From NCBI RefSeq assembly GCF_001194135.2, contig NC_068985.1, positions 61,781,925 to 61,814,061 on the forward strand: a stretch of DNA of 32,137 nt, in the 5' to 3' direction. The position numbers were made by a program, and so were the translations under genes. Below the pieces are notes generated by a model. The model was given only the letters and a program-made list of their open reading frames with translations, searched no databases and was not told where the DNA came from. This stretch comes from Octopus bimaculoides (Eukaryota). Below are positions 20,691 to 32,137 of the stretch, one piece after another; the first letter of the stretch is position 1; each line of letters opens with the position of its first letter.

Positions 20691-22735
20691 ACGGCCCCCT
20701 TTTAAGAAAAAAAAGAAAGAAATAGTTACGAGTCGTCACTGATAATTATTTTTTATGGATACATTGTGGAGAATTAATGACTGTATTTCGTGTAATGAAA
20801 TAAATCAATTCTACATCATTGCTGCTCTTTTGCCATCAGACTTTTGAGCAAGGTCGTCACCATTGTGACGTTTACATTATCTAAGTTTATAATTATCAAA
20901 TGTGTCCTTGAATCTTTCAAGGTTGTAAGGTGTAAATTTGAGAGATATTTAGTTGTTAGTTCTAACATATTGAATAACGTCGTTTCTTTTTAAAATTTAG
21001 TCAGTTGTTTACTACGAACTGTTGTTGCTTCTTTCCTATTCAATGTATTTACTGTACTGCTCCATTGAATATTTTTCACGAACTGATCTGAGTGAATGAA
21101 CAACTCGTTTGTAAGACGATAGTCTTTCGATACGAACAGATCTTAGTCTCATGGCTTTTAACAGAAATAGATAATTGAGAACAGAGTAATGTATATTACA
21201 TCCTAATCTTTATAAACACTTTGATATAATTATCTAGAGTATATTTTAATTTAAAGATAATTTTAAGAACAAATGTTTAAAAAAGCTTATTGAAATCGTT
21301 TTAAAATATTTGTAATGCTTTATTACTTTTATTACTATTTGATAAGTAATTATTTTCTTTATTTTGTAAATATTTAACATGCTTTAACTGCTTTTATATT
21401 CTTAACTAGTTTCACTATTTAGATATCGGCCATGCTGAGACACCATTCCTTCAAAGAGTGCTAGACTTAATCTATCTAACCTGGCCCGGTGGTGGCCTGG
21501 TTTAACGCCATCACCTTCTTAGTTGTTTCAAGTGAAGTTCATTCTGTTGCCTCCAATTGGGGAAGTTTTGAGGATATCCTCCTCCCACCAGTCTCGATGT
21601 CCCTCAATAAATAAATAAACAAAAGATCATAGAGCTGTACTCCCTATTGGCTATGAAGTGAAAAACAGGTTTCAGTCAATGGTAGCATCCTAAGCATTTC
21701 ATCTGGTATTTATTTGATCGAGCTCGGAAGTGGTGAATGGATGATTTACATTCAGTAGTGAGAATAACCAAATGATACCTCAATTTATAGTATTTTAGTC
21801 ATCCTTCGTCGATATCTGAGAGCACACACACACACACACACATGCAATCCTATTTTTACGTACATAGTCAATTCTATGAGCAACCAAAAAAAGAAATCTC
21901 AATATGTAATATTTAAAAATCAAATTTATTCATTATTTTCTTAGCTTACGACACTACTTTACTTAGACTTGATGTGACTTCTCCTAGAAAATCTTCAACT
22001 GGGTTGGCAAGTAGAACAAATAGATCTCCAGTTGGTTTGATTAGCTTGTTTATGCGCTTGGCTAACTTCCGGGTTGTCTCACACACGGGATTGATGGTTA
22101 CACTTCCAGTTTCAAGCTCAATAGTTCTGTTAACATGAGCAAGGTATTGTTATTATGGTGATATTTAGAAAATTACTCCAATTTTCTATTTAAGATGTCT
22201 GCTGTTTTCAAAAATATCTACTAGCGACAGTGGCAATATTAATACCGAGAGGTGATATTTACAACCGCTTAAGCATGGATGTTCTGTTAGAACAAACTAT
22301 ACTGCGGTGGATACCATGGGAGAAACTCTTGTATTAGTTTGGCATTATTTTTTTATATATTGCTGGCGAGGAGATGAGTCGTTATCTATAGTGGTTGGGC
22401 ATCCATCATTGACGAGATCAAGGAAGCTCGAAATTAGGTGATCAGGTGACCTCGGTGCGGGAGACAGCGGGGATTTATCTCCCCGCTAGCGATATAAACA
22501 ACAATATAAACAACAATGATATAAACAACGATATAAGCAGCAGTGCATTTTGCACCAAAAGCCAAGATAGGAGTTTCTCTCATGGTATCTACCACAGTAT
22601 AATTTGTTTTAACAGAACAGCCACGTTTAAGAAGGGATATTCGTTAAAATTTATTTTGTATAGTGGCGTTTTCAAACTTCTTTATTATAAATATATGCCC
22701 ACTCGTATGCTACCTAAACTTTTTATCAATATATA

Positions 22736-22744
22736 TATATGTGT

Positions 22745-22784
<40 letters not shown>

Positions 22785-22850
22785 GTGTGTGTGTGTGTAT
22801 TTGTGTGTGTCTGTTGTACGTGTGTGTGTGCGTGCACGCGTGTTTGTGTA
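22736..22850. repeat. (GT)n-rich microsatellite
   Basis: Directly visible. Confidence 0.9.
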
Positions 22851-23826
22851 TGAAGTAAGTTCCAATACGTTCTTCCGATGTAAGTACGGGATCTACGATA
22901 CTCTAAATATAAAAAGTCAACACAAGAGACTTTTGATGATATACAGGCAACGTTTTGGCAATAATCAAATACGCAAGGAGACATACTTTAGAAGAGTTAA
23001 GAAAGGATCCCATTATTTCTGTTAATGACTTTAGCCGAAAAATAGTTATTACAATTAACTTTATGATTCTTACCTTTACACTTAAGTTCAGACTTACAGA
23101 GACCCTTCACCAAATGTCAATGAAAAACTTACTTATATCAAAAGAAAGCAAAAAGCAAGACTTAATAACATGAGTAGAAAAGGTATCTCATTCGTTATCG
23201 AATAACGACATCGTCGATAGTGCACCCATCTCGAAATACGAACTAGTGGACTCAAAGACAAGATTACTTTAACCCTTAACCAAAAAGAAAAAAAAACATT
23301 GGGTTTACACACTTTTCGTTTAACATTAAGTCTAATATTAAGAACTTTAGTTCAAAAGCATTTCCCGATTTACTCTAGATTGAGAACATTATTTAATAGG
23401 TACAATTTTAAACTGAGTTACAGTTGCATTCATATTGCAAATGTATGTTATAATGTATAAACCTTCTAAATTAAGTGAAGTTAAATGTCCATGCACAAAA
23501 AACATCTTAAATTCTTTCATCTTAATAACCTACTTAATCTAAGCAAGTTAATCTTATTAGTTATTTCAGATATTTAGGCTCCATTTTATCCTTTTCCATA
23601 ATTTTTAATATCTTGCTTTGTTTTACTGTAATCTACTGTTAATTGAACTTTTGGCGAATATGTGGTTTGTTAGACATAATTTAGAATCATTGAGGCACTC
23701 AGTTACGATAACATTGATTTTACTGCTAGAAAATTCCCAACGCTACAATTCATTATGTAATATACATTATATATAGTTGTAGTAATATATGTGTATACAT
23801 GCACGTATGTGCGGACGTATAAATAA

Positions 23827-23900
<74 letters not shown>

Positions 23901-23907
23901 ATACATA

Positions 23908-24808
23908 CTAAGGGATACCCAAAAGTGACCGGAAACGTTCTCTGTGAGACAAGCCCGTTGAAGTTCAGGCTTCTGCTACTAGAACCCATTTGATGCGACC
24001 CTCAGGCATCAGGCTGTCGACCGGTGTCATTGTTTTTGTTGTAATGTCACATGGTGCGTCTTTGTTTTGAAGTGCTTCTCCCCTGTTCGTCGACTTTTGC
24101 GATAGCTGAAACGAAGGAACACCGTGCTTCTGTGAATCTCTGTTTTCTGCTGGGGAAAACAGCGACCGAAACAGTTGTCATGCTTCAAACAGCTTACAAG
24201 GCTGCTGCCATGAACAGAACACAAGTTGATGAGTGGTTTCCGCGCTTTAGGAATGCTCACTTGTCGCTTAGGGCCAACTTCGTTCAAGGCGCTCGTCGAC
24301 CTCCCGAACGAATGAAACATCATGAAATTTCATGAACTAGTCTTCAAGGACGGCGACTGAACAGTTGATGAACTTGTTGATACGACGGCTGTGTCCTGAA
24401 TATCTGCCAACGAAGTTTGAGTGAGAAATTGCGAAGGAAGAGTGTTGCAGCAGAATTTGTGCCTCTCTTTCTCAAGAAAGATCAAAAGTAGTACGTATGA
24501 ATGTGTCTCGTGTGCTGAAAGAACAGATGGAAGTTGATCTGGACCTTTTTTCGAAGTTCATCACTGGTGACGAAAGCTGGCGCTAGGGAATTTGGAGATG
24601 TGGAAAAGGTGAAGAAAAAAAAATGACGGTGGTATTGAAAGACATACTTCGCAAGAGTTCCGGCATTGCTTCCAACATTGGAAAACACATCTGGACTGAT
24701 GCATTACTTCAAATGGAGAATACTTTGAAGGCGATAAAAGTGTAAAATATAAAACTAAGTGAATAAAATAATATTGCAAAACCCTGGTTTCTCTTGGGTC
24801 CTCCCTCG
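23908..24808 (+). mobile_element. Internally deleted mariner (901 bp) with both TIRs
   Basis: Left TA|CTAAGGGATACCCAAAAGTGACCGG; right (reverse complement) TA|CGAGGGAGGACCCAAGAGAAACCAGG. Coding remnants: HRASVNLCFLLGKTATETVVMLQTAYKAAAMNRTQVDEWFPRF, and FSKFITGDESW, then a jump near 24580 to the C-terminus CITSNGEYFEGDK. Confidence 0.88.
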
Positions 24809-24813
24809 TACAT

Positions 24814-24852
<39 letters not shown>

Positions 24853-24886
24853 CATACATACATATATATNNNNNNNNNNNNNNNNN

Positions 24887-24921
<35 letters not shown>

Positions 24922-25389
24922 CACATATATGCACACACGTATGAATGTATATATACATGCATATATGTATGAATGGATGGATGGTAGATGAATGGATGTA
25001 CTCTACAGTTTTGGTCAGGTCATAGGTGACGGTAAAGTGCATAATCGAAATTCAGTAAAAACGACAAACAATGAAAAAGTTGACATTGCGGCCCTAGCTC
25101 AGCGTACAGGAACTCAAAGGCCCTATGATCAAGCTTTTTGTTAAACAGTATACAGCATTCGAAAAATTTCAAGATAAGAATAGCTCTTCTGTTGAGGATG
25201 GTAGTCAGCTAAAATAAATATCAAGACTAGGTTTATAAAAAATAACCCTTTATTTCCAATATAAGCTACATTTCTTTGTCAAGTCATATGCCAAAATATC
25301 TACATATGAAAGCTTAAAGCTTCGTGTAAAGAAAGAAAAGTGATGACAATTACTGTGGTATCTTTGTGTTCGTTCTTTCTGCGAAGATT

Positions 25390-25510
25390 ATGGCGAAGAT
25401 ACTTCTGAAGTATCTCAATGGATATCTTTTTGAAAGAAACTCGATGCTAGATAGTCAGAGTGGCTTTGATGCCAAACGAAGAACAACTGGTCTGATTTTC
25501 GGTCTTCCTG
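25390..25510 (+). mobile_element. RTE LINE RT fragment (domains 2-2a)
   Basis: MAKILLKYLNGYLFERNSMLDSQSGFDAKRRTTGLIFGL (cf. RTE ...LPESQCGFR..RSTTDMIF.L). Confidence 0.6.
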
Positions 25511-25549
25511 AATATAACGAAGACTGAAAATCATACCAGTTGTTCTTCG
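25477..25549 (+). other. Inverted repeat / pre-miRNA-like hairpin: 31-bp stem, 11-nt loop
   Basis: Arms 25477-25507 and 25519-25549 give 29 Watson-Crick pairs, 1 G-U and 1 mismatch; loop CTGAATATAAC. Strand of any transcript unknown. Confidence 0.9.
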
Positions 25550-25613
25550 CCTCTTTTACTACTCCTGTGGCCACAATTACCCTCAGCTTATTAGTCGTGT
25601 GTCACTTCTACAA

Positions 25614-25668
25614 AGTCGATTCACCTGCCTCGAGTCGATTCACCTGCCTCGAGTCGATTCACCTGCCC
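25614..25668. repeat. 19-bp tandem repeat, about 3 copies (AGTCGATTCACCTGCCTCG)
   Basis: Units start at 25614, 25633 and 25652. Confidence 0.9.
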
Positions 25669-26029
25669 TAGTCAGTTGTGACCTCCCACTAAGTCCCTTA
25701 GCAGTTCTTCCCAGAAAATCGTTGGAATTCCTTCTCTGCATTAGTCGTTGCTTTGTTGTTTGGTCAGGAAGGAAGGGAAGCATCTTTTATAGAGTCCTCC
25801 AAAACTGGTGGCAGGGATGGAAGAAGGTATATTCAAACCGAAGCTTGAACCGAATACACTAATTACCATTATGATTAATTTTTATTACTGTTTAGGTGGT
25901 TGCTCGTTTAGCAGTCAAATCATCTCGAAATACATCGTTCTGTCTTCAAAATGAAGGGCACGCTAGATGATATAGTCTGACACAAAACAAGTAGCAAGGT
26001 GATAGAATTACTCAATTAGAGTGACTTGA

Positions 26030-26220
26030 AGCTAAACAACGTCAACAACAACAGCAGCAGCAACAACAACAATAACAACAGTTGCGACAGCATCAACACC
26101 GCCACGACGACGACCACCACCACCACCACCACCGACAACAACAGCAACAACAACATCAGAAACAATAGCAACAACAACAGATTCAACAACAACGACAACA
26201 ACCACAATAACAACAACGTT
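26030..26220. repeat. Degenerate (AAC)n/(ACC)n/(AGC)n trinucleotide tract
   Basis: Directly visible. Confidence 0.9.
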
Positions 26221-26744
26221 TGCAGCAAAATCTCAGGAAGAATCTACTGAAATAGTTTAGTTTGTCATGAACAATTGACCTTACAGTAGAAAGAAGCTGT
26301 CACAGAACATTACTATAGTATTGCCATTTTTCTTGCTTCAAATTCTGACATCTTCCAACACTTTATGTAATATTATATATAGCCAGTTACGAAGCACGTG
26401 ATTTATTTACTTCCTTTACTGATCTCGGATGATTAGTAAAAAGATTGCTTATATTTCTAACTTGGCAGCTATGGCGAAATCTCTAGGAGTTTTATCCGGT
26501 GTCTTAAGTGGAACTCGTTTACGTAAATATGATATGTTTTAAAGTAATTTAGACCCCAATAAAAACAGACTGAAACAGTTTTTCCAGTTAATTAAGATAT
26601 TAAACAGTTTAGCTGTGGTGTTTAACGACAGCGCCTGTTTTTACATGCTACTAATTAACTGCAGCAGTGTTGTAAAGTCATCTTAGGTATAAGAAAGAAA
26701 AATATTTCATGAGTTATATTTTGATATTTTAGTTTATCGTTTAT

Positions 26745-26924
26745 TTTCTTTTACTTTTTTTTTCAGTCATTCGACTGCGGTCACACTGGGGCACCGCCTT
26801 TAAGAATTTTAGTCGAACGAATCGATCCTTATTATATCGGTTACTTTCACCGAACTGCTAATTTGCAAGGCTGTAAACAAACCAACACTGGTTGTCGAGC
26901 GGCGAAGACACACACACACACACA

Positions 26925-26963
<39 letters not shown>

Positions 26964-27442
26964 NNNNNNNNNNNNNNNNNNNNNNNNNNNNNNNNNNNNN
27001 NNNNNNNNNNNNNNNNNNNNNNNNNNNNNNNNNNNNNNNNNNNNNNNNNNNNNNNNNNNNNNNNNNNNNNNNNNNNNNNNNNNNNNNNNNNNNNNNNNNN
27101 NNNNNNNNNNNNNNNNNNNNNNNNNNNNNNNNNNNNNNNNNNNNNNNNNNNNNNNNNNNNNNNNNNNNNNNNNNNNNNNNNNNNNNNNNNNNNNNNNNNN
27201 NNNNNNNNNNNNNNNNNNNNNNNNNNNNNNNNNNNNNNNNNNNNNNNNNNNNNNNNNNNNNNNNNNNNNNNNNNNNNNNNNNNNNNNNNNNNNNNNNNNN
27301 NNNNNNNNNNNNNNNNNNNNNNNNNNNNNNNNNNNNNNNNNNNNNNNNNNNNNNNNNNNNNNNNNNNNNNNNNNNNNNNNNNNNNNNNNNNNNNNNNNNN
27401 NNNNNNNNNNNNNNNNNNNNNNNNNNNNNNNNNNNNNNNNNN

Positions 27443-27483
<41 letters not shown>

Positions 27484-27629
27484 CGAGCTTCTTCAGTTTC
27501 CATCTACCAAATCCACTCACAACGCTTTGGTCCCTCCGAGGTTATAATAGAAGACACTTGCCCAAAGTGCTACTCAGTTTGACTAAATCTGGAACCGTAT
27601 GTCTGGGAAGCAAACTCCTTACCACACAG
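26745..27629 (-). mobile_element. tRNA-derived SINE, diverged, with an internal (TA)n tract spanning a gap
   Basis: 27481-27629 is the reverse complement of the SINE head and 26761-26925 is the reverse complement of the SINE tail (GGCGGTGCCCCAGTGTGACCGCAGTCGAATGACTGAAA). Both are homologous to 28754-29172. Confidence 0.85.
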
Positions 27630-28753
27630 GGATTATAGGAAAAAGTCGATGTAAAAAGTGGGGGTAATGAAACTATCCGATATCATTAATATTTGCTTGT
27701 TGCTTTTGGTGTATTTTTTTGTAATTGTTTTTGCTTAGCACTTGATGCTCCCTAAATGGACTGATCTATGACCAAACATGGCTATCATATATCATTTTCA
27801 GACATATCTATGATGATGTGTCCATACCTTTTATAAAGTAATATATTTTTAAAGAGAAATTTAGCTGCCTTTTCTCGCATGTCGAATGATTACGAAAAGG
27901 TTTCTTCATTGTTCCTACAATGAAATACAACTGTTGAATTGGTCACCGTATACTATGTCAGTTTGCCTACTGGCTGCCGTCATAATAATGGGCCCGAAGA
28001 ATAAGTGAAAGACGTTATATGGAATAGGAAACGGCTCCCCGGCAGACTAACACCACCGATCAGTGATCGTTTAAAACAATGTTACAAATAAATAAAACAG
28101 TATGATATTGAAAGGAAACGAGCAACGGTGACAGAGGTGGTGGATGAAATAGAGTGGTGGATGAAATAAATAATAGTGATCGATCATAGCATAGATCGAT
28201 TATAATTGTGATCAATTTTAACAATTTATATTTGAGAAAGCAAACTGGTAGAGAAAAAAAAACTACAAGTATTACAAATATCTTACAAATATTATTGGAT
28301 AGAGGCTAAATGTAGTTACTTTGTGTAAAACAAATTTCACTGTCGCTCCTCAGTTTTGATTCAACAACAGCTCAGAGTGAAATGTAAAACAAGATGAATA
28401 GTAGCTTCCGGTTCCAGTTGTCACATATTCTCATCTACTCAAGGAATAATATAATAGTCAGTCAACTGTATAACGTCAAATTCTATGGAAGGTTAAACTC
28501 GTACAGTCATTGTGCACTCTCTCCTAGTCATGATTACATCCTAAGAACTATTGCAAAGTATTTAAAATGAACAGAAACTTTTGAACTTAATATCCTCTGA
28601 TCTTTCAGTGCCAGACATATCGAACTTTTGTTCAATCATCCATTGTACTCTGCAATATCAGCAAACGTGCGAGTGTACATCTGTGTTTTAAAAATCTGGA
28701 ATTATGCAAATATTCTAATTCCTTCAGAACAAAGAAAATAAAAGTTTGTCATA

Positions 28754-28911
28754 GGCTGTGTGGTAAGTAGCTTGCTTACCAACCACATGGTCCTGGGTTC
28801 AGTCCCACTGCGTGGCATCTTGGGCAAGTGTCTTCTACTATAGCCTCGGGCCGACCAAAGCCTTGTGAGTGGATTTGGTAGACGGAAACTGAAAGAAGCC
28901 CGTCGTATATA

Positions 28912-28951
<40 letters not shown>

Positions 28952-29172
28952 TGTGTGTATGTGTGTCTGTGTTTGCCCCCCCCCCCACCATCGCTTGACA
29001 ACCGATGCTGGTGTGTTTATGTCCCCGTAACTTAGCGGTTCGGCAAAAGAGACCGATAGAATAAGTACTAGGCTTCTAAAGAATAAGTCCTGGGGTCGAT
29101 TTGCTCGACTAAAGGTGGTGCTCCAGCATGGCCACAGTCAAAAGACTGAAACAAGTAAAAGAGTAAAAGAGA
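28754..29172 (+). mobile_element. tRNA-derived SINE, nearly complete and young-looking
   Basis: GGCTGTGTGGTAAGTAGCTTGC...GGTTCAGTCCC head, central (TA)n/(TG)n, and tail GGTGCTCCAGCATGGCCACAGTCAAAAGACTGAAACAA(GTAAAAGA)n. Confidence 0.92.
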
Positions 29173-30390
29173 TGACTAAAAGCCAAGCCGGGACATTAGA
29201 ATATACACACTATTACTAATATTTGTAGTTTCAACAATATGAGACAAGCATGATCTTAGTAAATAAATTTATTTATTTATCCTAACGTTTATCACGATTT
29301 CATGTCGTTCCAATCGACCAGTCGCTTCACTTGACGTTGGAGACCAACCTTGTTTTGTGTCAACTTTATTGCTATGCTATCTTTATAATTGCTTATGCTT
29401 CCGTAGATATATTCACATTTGAAATTTTTAAATCTTGAAATTATTCACACCTTTAAAGCTGTCTCATTCAGTACACTTTCAATGTTTGCTTTGCTGTTGT
29501 TGCTGCTGCGCCTGCTGTTGCTGTTATTCTTAACCCTGGGTCAAATATGATGAAGCAGAACTATGAACAAACACGTTACTATCACTGACCTGCTTGCTTT
29601 GTTTTCAGGCACATCGTAGCTAAGGTCATATTACCAAATACTTCCTTCTCCTTTTTGTAAGACACCAGAGTGTGATTGGAAAACTTGACTACTATTTATA
29701 GCAAGTAAAGTGATCCCATGGAGACTCACCCATTGGTTATCGTCACCTGTTATTTCCATATCATTCTATAAAAATCCCACTTCTGTATAAGATGTTCGTG
29801 AAATTCGGTGAGGCTGGCTGAATGAGTTCATCTCTTATATATAATGGTGATCTCATCTTTCTCTCTCAACTCCATCGATGGCTACCATTACTTTGTCTTT
29901 AGACTTATGCTCAATATCTATTCATTACTCTTGGTTTATGTTAGTCATTAGTAAAATACTTTCTCCATTTTCTCACCTATTTTTCCAGTAGATAAACTTT
30001 ACCTCTCTAGTTTCAGCTCTATAACTTTACTTTTCAGTTTACACCTTCAAATAAATGATCGTCACGCAACAAGGCACATGCGAAAGCAATTGGCAAAATA
30101 GAGGTATACGCCCAAAAGAATTGGGTCATAGCGATAGGTATATGTTTTAACAATGACAGACACATCGACAACAAAGGTAAAAATATTATTGCCAAAATAA
30201 CAAAGATAGAAATTTTATAAGTAACTTACTAAATACAAAATGAGCTACACTTAGCCTTTCATTGTGTGACTAATGTCAGCAGTTATTCTGCTTATGTCTA
30301 CAAAAAAAGTATGAAAAATGATTTTATCAAACACAACAAATGATCAGAGCTTACTAAGCTAAATAGTATACAAACAGCTAACACTTGTCT

Positions 30391-30425
<35 letters not shown>

Positions 30426-30756
30426 AAGATATACAGTGGGGTATACTGCAGATTTTAACTCTTGCTGAAACGTGTCTTTGAACTAGATACCACTCTCGCT
30501 ATGAAACGTAAGCATAGCTGTTTAAACACAACGCACAAACACATATGTACGCACGCTCGCGCGCACAAACACTCACATTTACATACCATACATTCCACCT
30601 TTCACTTTCTGCTTCTAATTCACACTTCTTAGACTGGGACTTGGAAATGGTGTGTGAAATAAAATATGGAATTAGGATGAGTGGAGGAACCTGGATACCA
30701 AAGGTTAATGAGCATATACTAAAAAGGTGATTATTCACATCCTATATACATGCACA

Positions 30757-30836
<80 letters not shown>
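30757..30836. repeat. (CT)n-(CA)n microsatellite
   Basis: Directly visible. Confidence 0.9.
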
Positions 30837-30841
<5 letters not shown>

Positions 30842-30930
30842 AGTTCAAGGAAAGGCTCCATCAATGGAAACGACGCTGGATAGAGTGTATTGCTTCAGAA
30901 GGGGACTAATTAGAAGATTATATATATTTG
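30837..30930 (+). mobile_element. Mariner transposase extreme C-terminal remnant
   Basis: EEFKERLHQWKRRWIECIASEGD*LED (cf. F....QWK.RW.KCI...GDYFE). Confidence 0.65.
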
Positions 30931-31081
30931 AAAAGTGAATAGGAATGACTTTTCTGATAATTTTTCCACTTTAATAATTAGATGTTCATCTAATTTTTAC
31001 AGGAGAAAAATTATCAAAAAAGCCATTTCTATTCATTTTTTCAAATACATAATAACAAAAACTTTCTATTTCTTATTTTAC

Positions 31082-31350
31082 TACACACACACACACGCGC
31101 GCACACACACGCATACACACACACAGACACGCATATAGACACGCGCACACACACACACGCACACACACACACACACACATACGTATATGTATGTATATAT
31201 ATGTACGCATGCTTTTACGTATGCAAGTATACATCTATATATACTATATATATATTCATACACACACACATGTATCCACACCCATACACACACATATTTA
31301 TGTAAATAAACATGTGTGAGTGTGTGAATGTGTGAGTACAGGTGTGTGTA
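31082..31350. repeat. Degenerate (CA)n/(TA)n/(TG)n tract
   Basis: Directly visible. Confidence 0.85.
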
Positions 31351-31467
31351 TGTGTATGCATATAGGTAAAAATAACACACAAGTGTTAGGTAATATACAT
31401 CTTAAAATACCACAAGATTCATTTCATTGCATAAACTCAGAAATTTAGAATTTATTAAATTAATCAC

Positions 31468-31504
<37 letters not shown>

Positions 31505-31508
<4 letters not shown>

Positions 31509-32137
31509 AATTAAAAGGGTAAAGATTTATCAATTTATTAATTTATTAATAAATCAACAATTAATACTTTTTACCAAGCCCTTCGGTATGTAAGCACCAT
31601 TATCGGTGGAGAACTTATTTAAAAGTTCCCATACATTTATAAACATAATTAAGGGATCAGCAAGCATTTGCTTCACCATATACCGAAGTTCAGAAATAGC
31701 AGCTAAAAAAGCTGAGACTCCAACAGATAGCATTACTTGTAACTCACAAAGGCAAAAACAGGAAGAAAAAACAATGAAAACTAACCATTTAAAGCTAATC
31801 ATAGACGCGTTGCTGGATTATGAATGATAAATTTCAATTTCCGTCATCGGTATGATATTCCAGTAGTACATTCGACTATGCTAGCAAACCGCGCAAGTAT
31901 GAACGAGTGAATATCATGTCTCGACACAATCTGAAAGCATAACCGAACTTACCTCGGCCAGCCATTCCACTACTTCCTCCTCAAGAAATTACCATGTGCG
32001 TTACAAACAATACCGCAGAAGCTTTGCGTTTACTATCATGGAGTGAATAATTATTACAAATTAAAAGGGTAAATATTTATCAATTTATTAATTTATTAAT
32101 AAATCAACAATTAATAATTTTTACGAAGCCCTTCGGT
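31505..32137. repeat. Direct repeat with a 550-bp period, truncated by the window end; possibly Penelope-like terminal repeats
   Basis: 31505-31587 recurs at 32055-32137 with 3 substitutions in 83 bp. The Penelope assignment is inference only. Confidence 0.8.

Noticed and set aside
21425-21480. SINE-tail-like fragment (GGCCATGCTGAGACACC) on the minus strand
   Set aside because: Too short and diverged to delimit reliably.
26016-26250. Asn/Thr-rich (+) and Leu/Val-rich (-) ORFs
   Set aside because: They are translations of an (AAC)n/(ACC)n tract with no flanking coding signal.
28754-28830. tRNA gene (also at 8267 and 27560)
   Set aside because: A/B-box-like motifs are present but there is no complete cloverleaf, and they continue into shared SINE body and tail sequence.

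Overview
Eukaryotic, AT-rich, microsatellite-dense draft-assembly DNA with nine N-gaps (2192-2317, 4553-5461, 8419-8856, 9702-9711, 10006-10215, 13267-13710, 19163-19472, 24870-24886, 26964-27442). The repeat families look like those of an Octopus genome; this is my pattern recognition, not a database result. There is no intact long ORF. Almost all track ORFs are microsatellite, N-spanning or dead-transposon frames. The window is mostly decayed mobile DNA. (1) A head-to-tail chain of minus-strand R4/Dong-clade retrotransposon pieces separated by (TAA)n tracts (3.7-6.9 kb). (2) An old R4-clade copy whose RT region spawned a 25-bp minisatellite with higher-order structure (10.4-11.5 kb). (3) A near full-length dead R4-clade element between (CATA)n tracts (14.46-18.33 kb). 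(4) Two RTE fragments, four mariner copies or fragments, three tRNA-derived SINEs, and a 550-bp direct repeat at the right edge. Two short in-phase candidate exons (111-201, 14032-14093) suggest the window may be largely intronic in a + strand host gene. The most striking observation is at 9848-9910: all hammerhead-ribozyme core nucleotides and three helices are present, but in a non-circularly permuted, triple-pseudoknot order. A 31-bp-stem pre-miRNA-like hairpin built from an RTE remnant lies at 25477-25549.
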